Shown here one piece after another: positions 1 through 9,587 of a stretch of 39,572 nucleotides of DNA; the stretch's first letter is position 1; each line of letters starts with the position of its first letter. Source of the DNA: Nemertoderma westbladi (Eukaryota > Animalia > Xenacoelomorpha); contig JAUCBJ010001962.1 in assembly GCA_032718475.1 (NCBI GenBank), positions 1 through 39,572 on the forward strand. Direction: 5' to 3'. A program made the position numbers and the translations under genes. The notes beneath the pieces are model-generated. The model did no database searches, was not told the origin of the DNA, and saw only the letters and a program-made list of their open reading frames with translations.

Positions 1-984
1 AATGCAGCATGCCGATCCTAGTAGTAGGGCCGTCCGTCGCCCTCGGCCTGTGGCTGGCCAGCAACATCGGTACGTCGACCGCCGCTGTGTGTCGACTCGT
101 CTCTCTCTCCTCCCAACTCGTCCTCTCGCTGTTGTAGACGGACCCCCTCCATTTGGATTGCCGGATCGTTCGTCGACGGATCCGGCGTCGTGGGTCGATG
201 CCGTCTCGCCGTGGCCTCGCGGATCGTTAGATCGCCGTCCGGGGTCCGCGGCGGTGTCGTCTTTTCTTCTCGACTCATCGCCTTTACTTTATCACTTGGT
301 GGCTGGCAGTCACAGCTTGGGTTTCGGAGTTCTATCACTGTTAGGGCAGGCTGCTAGGATTCTATCACTGTGACGGGATCCGTGGACCCCGATTTATCCG
401 TGTGGGTTTTCCTATCTACGCGTCCCCGCCGTGTGTGTGAAAAGGTTCTTTAAGGGTTCCAAAGTTCTTGATTGATATGAAGGTATATGGGTAATATGAT
501 ATAAGCACAATTAACCAGGGTTAAAGTCAGCAAAGATGTACTGGTAAATAGGTGTTACATATAGTGGCGGTAGTGGACGGTGATAGAAGTCACCATTCCA
601 CCCTAACTGAACTGACTGAGTAAACTGAGCAAGTAACACAGTTACCGGTAATATTATACTGCATGGTTGGCCGCATTATCCTACTCAGCCAATGTCTTCC
701 CCCCATTGGCTAGTAACCTACTTCACACCCTCTGTCCTGCGGGGGTGTTTCCCCCCCCCCCCCCCCCCCACCCCCCCCCCCCCCCCCGCTGCTGTTACTT
801 TCCTCTCTCTCAGGGGTGTAACCCCTGACCCCTGTTGTGTGTGTGTTCTCTGGGGACCTATTGTCCCCGTTTACTGGGGTGACACGAGGTTGATTGGTAA
901 TCAACCTCGTGCTCCCAATATTGCTTAGAGGCGCTCTTTCCCACTTTATGGGGGTTTGGTGAGGCGGAATTGAATCCGCTCACA
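1..984 (-). mobile_element. BEL/Pao family A copy A0: 5' LTR plus start of internal region (runs off the window)
   Basis: LTR homologous to those at 5517 and 24609. The internal part encodes TTPPRTPD...TDVAGQPQAEGDGRP (ORF 18..338), nearly identical to the 25262 ORF of copy A2. Confidence 0.85.
369..984 (-). repeat. LTR of family A (copy A0), TGTGA...TCACA
   Basis: Minus strand starts TGTGAGCGGATTCAATTCCGC at 984 and ends GATCCCGTCACA at 369; same termini, poly-G tract and internal blocks as the other two family A LTRs. Confidence 0.9.
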
Positions 985-1081
985 ATATCACCAATGGGAA
1001 AATCTGGGAGTACAGACTCAGACACTTTTACTTCTATAAAGTTATCAGGCAATACCCTGTCATTATTGAGGAGTTTGTAAA

Positions 1082-1334
1082 ATAACTCAAGAACTAATGA
1101 CTCTACTCTTATTTTGAAGGTGTCTTCACCCACTATATCGATCATTTCTGTGATGTGTCTTTTTTTTGATTCCTTGAGATAATTCAAAATATCATTTATT
1201 GTGTATTTGCCCATATCACATCAAGGCGGTAATGTAGACTTGTGCCGTACTTCACATTTTCTGCGATATCTCAAGAACTATTCGCTCTACGTTTGTTTTG
1301 AAGGTGTCTACCCCCACTAAATCGGCCATTGCGG
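1082..1334. repeat. Diverged direct repeat, ~185-bp spacing (non-autonomous repeat relic)
   Basis: ctcaagaacta..ctctac..ttttgaaggtgtct..cccacta occurs at ~1086-1137 and ~1270-1320. Confidence 0.55.
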
Positions 1335-1882
1335 TTCTAATGAGTATAATATGAATGCAGTAGGAGAACTCAAAGTTGGCCATCGCGAAAATTGAGAATA
1401 ATCATCACTTGCGCCAAATGATAGGTTCTGGCCATGTGCCTGTGGCACTCGTTCCCTTTACCCAAAAGTTAAAATTTTGGTGTCTAACTTAAGTTTGGAC
1501 CCATTTGATGACATTTGATGCATGCAGGAAGTTATTTTTTGAGTCATTGATCTTTCATCAATGTGTTATATTGTTATACATTTCATTATGGTGCATCGCG
1601 AGGGCACAAAATTTCAACCTTCTTGCGATCTGTGAAGATATAGATGAAATTTAAAGAAATTTTTTTGTGCCTTATTTTTTTACCATTTGGCAACTTTTGT
1701 GCACCGGTAGAACAATGAAATCGAAAAAAAGTAAAAAACGCACCGCCCTACTACACACCCCCATCGTGTTTTTGAACGGCTCAACTCTTGACAAAAACTA
1801 CCCTGGCCTATTAATAGGCAGGTTCGTTATAAATGAAACTAAATATATCAATTCATTTTCAGATTAACCCTTCTAATTACCG

Positions 1883-1902
1883 TGGGGTCGCTAGCGACCC
1901 CA
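1883..1902. repeat. 20-bp perfect palindrome TGGGGTCGCTAGCGACCCCA (piggyBac subterminal motif; also at 2072-2091 and 4716-4735)
   Basis: Three exact copies. The 2060-2091 and 4716-4747 segments form a 32-bp inverted repeat with one mismatch. Confidence 0.9.
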
Positions 1903-2220
1903 GAACACATTTATAATTTCTATAGATGCGTACTAAATTATTTCCGGAAACAAAATGATCCGTGGTAAAAATTCTACCAGTGTTTTCTATAGCTGGTAGT
2001 GAAAAAAATCTAAATTGCTGTCCCAACACACTATTTATTAGCAATTATAAAAAATGCAGCGTTATGTACCATGGGGTCGCTAGCGACCCCAACCGTATAC
2101 GTAGACGGCGAGACAGAACACAGGTGGAACGCTGGCAGGGGCGTGGTAGATTATAAGCCACATGCAGATTACATGTCTGTATATGCTTGTACGTGTGCTT
2201 CTTAGGTTACAATTACATGA

Positions 2221-2429
2221 ACAAGTGACTCCTCCCATCCGCATACAGTAAGCCATAATCTGAGGAAATCTTCTCATTGGATGATGTACAGTATATTATC
2301 TCCGGCACAAACACGAGACAAATTTTCAGATTGCCCTAGCAACTCACATTAGCTACGTTATATTTCTGTATATCTAACGAACAAGTGACTCCCCCCGTCC
2401 GCATACAGTAAGCCATAATCTGAGGAAAT
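2221..2429 (+). repeat. ~49-bp direct repeat in the piggyBac 5' region
   Basis: acaagtgactcc.ccc.tccgcatacagtaagccataatctgaggaaat at 2221-2269 and 2381-2429. Confidence 0.85.
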
Positions 2430-2950
2430 GTAGATTATAGGTCACCAAATTATTGGTCGGTAAATTGGTACCGGCCATGTGCCGGGGGTAAAGAAATTAG
2501 TTGTGTCAGTGGCGCCTCAGCCTACCCTCGTGTAGAAGCCAAGAGCTGAAGAGAGAGGTGGCTTTCATGGTTACCTCCGCTCCGGTTCAGTACCTACCTT
2601 GTTGTAGGCCTACTCACCGATCCATTTCTGACTTTTTTTATTGGCTTGGGCGCTTCGCGCCGTTCGCTTCGCTCACCAACCCAATTAGGATTACCTGATT
2701 ACTGTTAGATCTAGGTTAGGGTTGTAATGCAATCCTAACCAAGGGACTAACCCTACCCCCTTCGGGAAGTCCATTCAAACAGTAAAAAAACGGGCAATTT
2801 GAATCCGACGCTAAACTCCACGTATGCCCGGTACGTACCGGACCGGTGGTAGGTAGGCCTACAAAAGATATCAGGCAGGATATAGGCCCTAGTAGGATAC
2901 CGTACAGCCGTAACGGTACCGTTACCGACCATTATTATATATCTCAAAAC

Positions 2951-4639
2951 ATGTCTATCCGGTATACTGCACAGCAAGCCCTAGATATCATACTCAATTA
3001 TGAAAGCGAGAGTGATGATGAAAATGAGGAGGAAATCGGCGACGTGAGCGACCAAGAGGAGGAGGATGTCGTTCTGGAACAGGATGGTTCTTCCGAGAGT
3101 GACGAAGTTGATGAACCGGAGGAGGCCACTCCTGCTGCTACAGCTGCTGCTCCAGCTGCTCAACTTACTTCGAAGGACGGCAAGGTCTGGAGCATCACCT
3201 CTGGGCTGGATCTACGAGGTAGACCTGCGCGTGCCAACATCCTTTGAGAAGCTGCTAGGCCAACTCGTCGTGTTAGGGAGCAGGCAGATACCCCTGCAGG
3301 TGCATTTTCCTGCTTTTTCACGAATGAGATTTTAGACATTATCATACAGTGTACGAACGAGGAGGGGAGCCGGGTTTACCCGGAGACTTGGAGTCCTATT
3401 GACCGGGTTGAGTTGCAAGCCTACCTGGGACTCATACTATTGGCAGGAGTTTATCGAGCGAGATCGGAACCAGTGATACATCTCTGGAACCGGGAAAGTG
3501 GCCGCCCGGTCTTCGGCAATTGCATGGGAAGGAACCGCTTTCAAGTCTTGACTCGTGTCCTCCGATTCGACTCACGCGCGGACCGCGAAGAACGGAGACA
3601 GCGGGACAAGATGGCGCCGATTTGCGTACTCCATGACAAGTTAGCTGCCCTCTGCCGCAACAACTACAAAGTTGGCGCACAAGTTTGCGTGGACGAACAG
3701 CTGGTAGTGTACAGAGGCCGCTGCCCGTTCAAAGTTTATATTCCTTCAAAACCTGGGAAGTATGGCATGAAGGTTTGGGCGTGCTGCGATGTGGACACTG
3801 CGTACCTCACCAACTTCGAGCTGTATACGGGTATGACTGGACGCGGTCCTGAAGTTGGACAAGCATTCAGAGTGGTCTTGCAGATGACCGAGCATCTTTC
3901 AGGAGCTGGACGAGGATGCACAATGGACAACTTCTTCACCTCATACGATCTGGCGCAGTCAATGCTGTATCGTCAGCTTACTTTGTGTGGCACCGTGAGG
4001 AAGAATCGCCGATTTCTGCCTCCTGCTATGCTAGACGTCCGTTCTCGCGCTGTTCAGTCCAGCAAGTTCGCCTTCCACAACGGCATGACACTAGTTTCAT
4101 ACGTGCCCAAGAAGAAAAAGAACGTGGTTCTTTTATCTACGCAGCACCACGATGCCGAAGTTCACGAGGATCGCCAAGACAAGAAACCGGAGATAATTCT
4201 CTACTACAATCGCACCAAGGGCGCCGTGGACACGCTGGACAAGCTTCTGCGCACGTACTCGTGTCAACGCAAGTGCCGACGTTGGCCGCAGTTGTTCTTC
4301 GGGAATTTGGTCGACATTGCTGCTTACAACTCCTTCATTATCTTCTTGTTTTGTTTTCCCGAGTTCATGGAAGGAAAATCCCATCGAAGACGCCTCTACC
4401 TGGAGAAGCTGGCATTCGAGCTGATGGCCGGGAAGATGATGCGGGACCGCCAGGAGGCGCAACCTGGTGCGCAGGCTGTGCCGCCATTGGCTGCAGGAAA
4501 TGCCCAAAGACCGAGGAAGCGTGCCCGTTGCGAATCCTGCCCTCGAGATCAGGATCGGAAGACCACCGAGCGATGCAGCGCTTGCGGCAAGGCCATTTGT
4601 AAGGATCACCTCCGAGTGGTCTGTGTACACGGATGCTAA
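2951..4639 (+). pseudogene. piggyBac transposase (PGBD4-like), ~562 codons with one in-frame stop
   Basis: ATG at 2951 and acidic N-terminus; TGA at 3245-3247, after which the same frame stays open into the 3413..4639 ORF. Catalytic motifs VCVDEQL, TMDNFFTS and GAVDTLD, YIPSKPGKYG, and a C-terminal Cys-rich domain (CESC..CSAC..CKDH..C..C). Confidence 0.93.
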
Positions 4640-4842
4640 CTGTTTTGGACACTTTACCCCGGTGTTGCAGTAAAAACTATTTTATTTTGTTGACCCAAAA
4701 ATGGAATATAGCAGGTGGGGTCGCTAGCGACCCCATGGTACTTAACGTAACTTTTTTTCGCGGTAATTAGAAGGTTAAACTTTAATCAATTATATCAGTT
4801 ATATTTACAAACAAACATAAACAAAATATAACATTAGCTTGT

Positions 4843-5516
4843 ATTATATTATCTGAGTTCCTACAGTATATATCAGTTAAATTATATTAACTGAGTTCCT
4901 ACAGTATATATCAGTTACATTATATTAACTGAGTTCCTACAGTATATATCAGTTACATTATATTAACTGAGTTCCTACAGTATATATCAGTTACATTATA
5001 TTAACTGAGTTCCTACAGTATATATCAGTTTATATTAAATGAGTTGCAACAGTATATATCAGATACATTATATTAACTGAGTTCCTACAGTATATATCAG
5101 TTACATTATATTAACTGAGTTCCTACAGTATATATCAGTTACATTATATTAACTGAGTTCCTACAGTATATATCAGTTACATTATATTAATTGAGTTCCT
5201 ACAGTATATATCAGTTACATTATATTAACTGAGTTCCTACAGTATATAGCAGTTACATTATATTAACTGAGTTCCTACAGTATATATCAGTTACATTATA
5301 TTAACTGAGTTCCTACAGTATATATCAGTTACATTATATTAACTGAGTTCCTACAGTATATATCAGTTACATTATATTAACTGAGTTCCTACAGTATATA
5401 TCAGTTACATTATATTAACTGAGTTCCTACAGTATATATCAGTTACATTATATTAACTGAGTTCCTACAGTATATATCAGTTACAACATATTAACTGAGT
5501 TCCTACAGTATGTATC
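4843..5516 (+). repeat. 38-bp tandem repeat (~17-18 copies)
   Basis: Unit attatattaactgagttcctacagtatatatcagttac repeated head-to-tail with no spacers; about 1.5 more units at 22108-22164. Confidence 0.95.
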
Positions 5517-6114
5517 TGTGAGCGGATTCAATTCCGCTCACTACCCCCATAAAGTTGGGAAGTGGCGCCTTTTTCAGCAATATTGGAGATACAAGATTGA
5601 TAACAACCAATCTCGTATCACACCCAATAATGGGGATAACATACACCCCAAAAGCCACACAAAGGGAGGTTAGAGGTCAAACCACCTCGAGAGGGCAGAT
5701 AACCAACAGCGGGGGGGGGGGGGGGGGGGCACTCCCACAGAGGTGAGAGGCGTGAAGTAGGTCATCAACCAATGGGAACCGGGGAAAAGTATCCACTGGA
5801 CAAAGGCCAAAGTAATGTAGGAATGAATACATATATTATCCCATTACCGGTCAGTTACCCAGTTTACTCAGTCATTCAGATCAGTGCAGACCGGTGATGT
5901 TTTTCACCATCACCGTCACCATCACCGATATCCTACCTACCGGTATACAATACACATATATTATCCATCACAACTGTGCTATCATTGACTATTCATTTCA
6001 TTGATATTAATTACTAAAGGATCAAAGAGATAACAACAAACTTTTCCCATTATTCTCAATATCACGGTGACGCATAGTTCGACAAACCGGTTGGGATCCC
6101 TTGATCCCATCACA
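5517..6114 (+). repeat. 5' LTR of A1
   Basis: TGTGAGCGGATTCAATTCCGC...GATCCCATCACA; TATA-like ATATATTA at ~5831 followed by TCAGT initiator-like motifs. Confidence 0.9.
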
Positions 6115-6142
6115 GTGAAAAACTCCCAACAACCCACAAACT

Positions 6143-8319
6143 GTGACTGCCAGAGGGGAGAATGAGCACAGGACAACAACGAACAGGACGATACCAACGA
6201 AACGATCCGTGAGGCCGCGACGCGACGGTACTGACCTGCGATGCCGGATTCGCCGACGAGAGACAATCCGGCAGTCCAAGCGGAGGGCGGTCGTCTACAA
6301 CAAGGAAGGGACGAGTCGACGCACGACGGCAGTTGAAGTACCGAATATGGGAATTAAGTTAGTGGGTTGGGCAGATCCATACGAGGGCGAACCCGAGGTT
6401 AACCCCGAGGATTCGGTCTCGTCAGTTAGCGAGAACCCCAGAAAGCGGGGGAAAGTTAGTAGAACAGAGAGGCGACGGGAGTCCGTCGCGACCGGTAAGT
6501 CCGCTACATCCTCCGCAAAAGCAAGAAGGGTGTTAGAGATAGATCTGGCGTGTCAATTAGATATGGTGGCGCTAGACCAGAAAGAATTAGAGAGGCAGTT
6601 GGACGAGGGAACTGCGTTGTTAGAGAGAGAGAGAGAGTTGGCGAGGGAGTGTAGAGAGAGGGCCGAGAGGGTGGCGAGAAATTGTAGAGAGCAAGAAGAG
6701 AGAGAGATAGAGGAACGTAAAGAGCGAGAGACGAGAGTAGAGAACAAGCGTAGAGAGCGAGAGACGAAAGTAGAGAACGAGCGCAAAGAACGAGAAGTAA
6801 GAGAGGCAGCGAGGGTGGAGAGAGAAACGAATGAATATAAAGAGCGAGAGTCGAGGGAGGTAGCAACGGCAGAGAGAGAGATGAATGAGCATAGAGAGCG
6901 AGAAGCGAGGGTAGAGAGCGAGCGTAGAGAGCGGGTGGCGAGAGAAACAGAGTTGGCAAACCAGAGTTTGCGAGAGGATAGAGAAAGAGAGAGGGCGGGA
7001 AAGCAAATGTGGGATGATATGCATGCCCAGTTGAGGGGGCTTATGCAATATCAGGCAAAACAGAAGCGCCGACTAGAACTGGCGCAGTTGGGACTATCAG
7101 AGAGTGAGGCTGGCTCGGGTAGTATTTACGAGGAGCCAGAGGTTATGGAAACGTTTGTTAATATGATGATATATACAATGATTTAAATCCGAACGATCCT
7201 AATTTAAATAATCCAAATAATTCAAATAATAATCTAGATTCGAATATGCAAAGTAATTCAAATAATTTAAATTTAAATACGCAAAATAATCTAAATAATA
7301 ATTTTAATTCAAACAAACAAAATAATCCTCGATTCCAATCTAAATATACAGAATAATTTAAATAATAATCCGAATTCAGAACATAATTCAAATAATTTAG
7401 AAAACAATCTTGATAATGGTGCTATTAATATAAAAGCGGCAGATGTAGGTGGTCCGGCCAGCGAGAGCCTGCGAGGCCACATAATTAGTAAGCAGGGGGT
7501 AGCAGGAGTAAGAGACCCCGATGGGAGCCTGGAAGGCCACGTAGTTAATACGCAGGGAGTAGCGGGGGTGAGTCGACCCGACGGGAGCCTGCCTGGCCAT
7601 GCAGTGATAGAGGGAGAGGCGGGGGTGAATAGACCCACCCACAGTAGAGATAATGCGTCGACTAGAGAGGGGCATAGAGATGAAGCGAGAGATAGTGAAG
7701 TGATAGGTGGCGAATGGGGGTGGGGGGGGGGGGCTACAGGCGCCACACAACGAGAGATTAGCGGCGAGAGGGGGGGGGGGGGGCAGAGAGTGTCCCACAG
7801 GCGTCGGCGGCGGACAATGCGCGGGGCGAGTTAGGTGAACCGCAGCACCCGGCGACGGAGAGTAATAGGGGGATTACGAATATCCCCAGCGGCGTGCGAC
7901 CGGCTAGTGAGTGGGAGGTTGGCGTCGCGAGCGGGCGAGCGACGAGACGTCGAGCCCAGTCAGAGGAGGGAAGAAGAACAGTGGAGTTTAACCGGTAGGT
8001 CAACGAGAGATCTCACGAGCGGGGACACTATACTGAAGAGAGAAGAAAAGAAGAGAGTGGAAGAGGCGTTGCTGCGAGCGACCGGAGAGCGAGGACAGAC
8101 AGCGAGCCATCAGTAGTTGAGATGGAGTTGGAGAGTCAGTGGGGTCGAACTCCGGGAGATTGCCGTCACCCCAGAGAGACGCAACCTGGCGAGGTGTACT
8201 ACACGCCGAGAGAAGGGTACATGGCATACCAGTACGAGGACGAGAATAGAAGAGGGGATCGGAGAGAAACTCCCCGACGGGATATAGCTGCCGATCGAGG
8301 GTACAGTAGTCGCGGGGAG
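6143..8319 (+). pseudogene. gag: Degenerate gag N-terminal region of A1 (PEDSVS motif, E/R-rich coiled coil, Asn-rich tract)
   Basis: ORF 6143..7186 has VNPEDSVSSVS (typical of BEL/Pao Gag N-termini) and a long coiled coil; frameshifted continuation; closely similar to 25808-27330. Confidence 0.7.
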
Positions 8320-9509
8320 TGTTCGCGCTTTCAGACCTTTAGCAGTTTAACCTGCCAAATTGGGATGTCTTCTAGATAATAGATCGTCTTTAGCCTATGA
8401 CAAGTATTTGATACACTACATTAGCCGAAGCCAGTCTATGCGCGATCATTCACCCGCTGGATATACCCGGGAGACTGGATTCGGGAGCCTAACCGTATTG
8501 CGGGGTAGGCCTACTGTATTATTCGACTGATCGTAATATATAATCTCTGACAAATATTATTCACTTTCGGGAAATATTAACAGTTCCTTTAGGACGTGGC
8601 GCTCTAAATATATAAACAGAGTTATGACTAAAACCAGACACAACGGGATGGCTATAGATTCACATATATGGCGCATTCTTTAGGAGATGCTTCGTTATCA
8701 ATCACGATCATACACAATACTGCACAATGCTGCACACCAATCTGCCGACCTTCACTAATTTTAGTCACATATAAGGAGAACAACAGACAATACGTGTAGG
8801 GCCTATAAAATAGCATTAGATTCACTTCAAACCACTTAATGTAAGTCGCAATTGTTATATGTAACCGGTCTCTCTAACCTTTAGTATATCAAGAAGATTG
8901 GGGTGTCTGATTATTTATCAGTATTCCAAATATAATATTCCATCAACAAATATAATGAATAACCGACAGTAAAAGCAGCAAATTGTTAAGGTATAAATTG
9001 ATATGATCGCTTTGTTAAGTATGTCAGTATGGTATGATTTGTTAAGTTAAGTGAGTTATGTTAAGATAACGGATATACGTTCTATAATTAAGCCTACTAA
9101 TGTTGAGCTAAAGACTGAAACACGGAGGTTCCACGCCGGTGTTGTAGGCTGTGGACAAATCACATACTGACTCAACTCCACGAGTTTCTATATACAATCT
9201 CTAACACAGAGGCAAAAAACGCTCTGATTGGTCGACCGAACAAAGAAGGAACAGAGAACAAAGAAAAGGTCCACGTATACAGCATCAGCTGTTAGCCGTC
9301 GTCATGGTAGCTACACTGTTTACAGAGGATTTGGCGCATTGCGTCATAAAATTGCTAATCATGTCCGCTAAAGTACACATACAGAAGAAATAGCTTTTAT
9401 GTCCTCTAAAACAACAGTACAGTAAGGACACGGCCTTTTATGCCTGTTAAACCAACTACAGAGTACTTTACGGGGAAAATAACCGGCTAATTACTCAAAA
9501 GCCTTTACA
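8320..9509 (-). repeat. 3' LTR of element B (1190 bp)
   Basis: Direct repeat of 20162-21355; about 13 substitutions and one 4-bp indel by eye. Confidence 0.97.
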
Positions 9510-9518
9510 CCGCTCCCA
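9510..9518 (-). promoter_or_regulatory. Polypurine tract of element B (TGGGAGCGG)
   Basis: Purine-rich run immediately before the 3' LTR TGT on the minus strand. Confidence 0.7.
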
Positions 9519-9587
9519 GAAAATGGGATTTAAGTCTATAAAATATAACAAATCACAGTTTCTAAAATATAAAAATACTCTAAACAG

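Larger units (their letters stand above)
1868..4774 (+). mobile_element. piggyBac DNA transposon, full length
   Basis: TTAA at 1864-1867 and 4775-4778. TIRs are CCCTTCTAATTACCG and CGGTAATTAGAAGG (right end one G short). Subterminal inverted repeats and an internal DDD transposase are present. Confidence 0.95.

Noticed and set aside
748-787. Poly-C/poly-G tracts as functional G-quadruplexes (also 5711, 24802, 38307)
   Set aside because: The position is conserved in family A LTRs, but lengths vary and long homopolymers are error-prone in sequencing; no function can be supported.
858-1214. 118-aa ORF on the minus strand
   Set aside because: It overlaps a non-coding direct repeat (1082-1334) and runs into the LTR; no recognisable motif.
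3245-3247. Programmed readthrough or selenocysteine TGA in the transposase
   Set aside because: A CGA>TGA mutation is simpler given the CpG decay seen elsewhere; no supporting signal.
4843-5516. CRISPR-like 38-bp periodicity
   Set aside because: Units are contiguous with no unique spacers, there are no cas genes, and the context is eukaryotic; it is a minisatellite.
5517-5539. LTR start TGTGAGCGGAT resembles the lac operator (possible vector contamination)
   Set aside because: It diverges after 11 nt, recurs as the terminus of three diverged LTRs, and no other vector sequence is present.
6504-7048. Antisense Ser/Leu-rich ORFs here and Cys/Ala-rich ORFs at 16456-16893
   Set aside because: Shadow frames of low-complexity coiled-coil coding sequence on the opposite strand.
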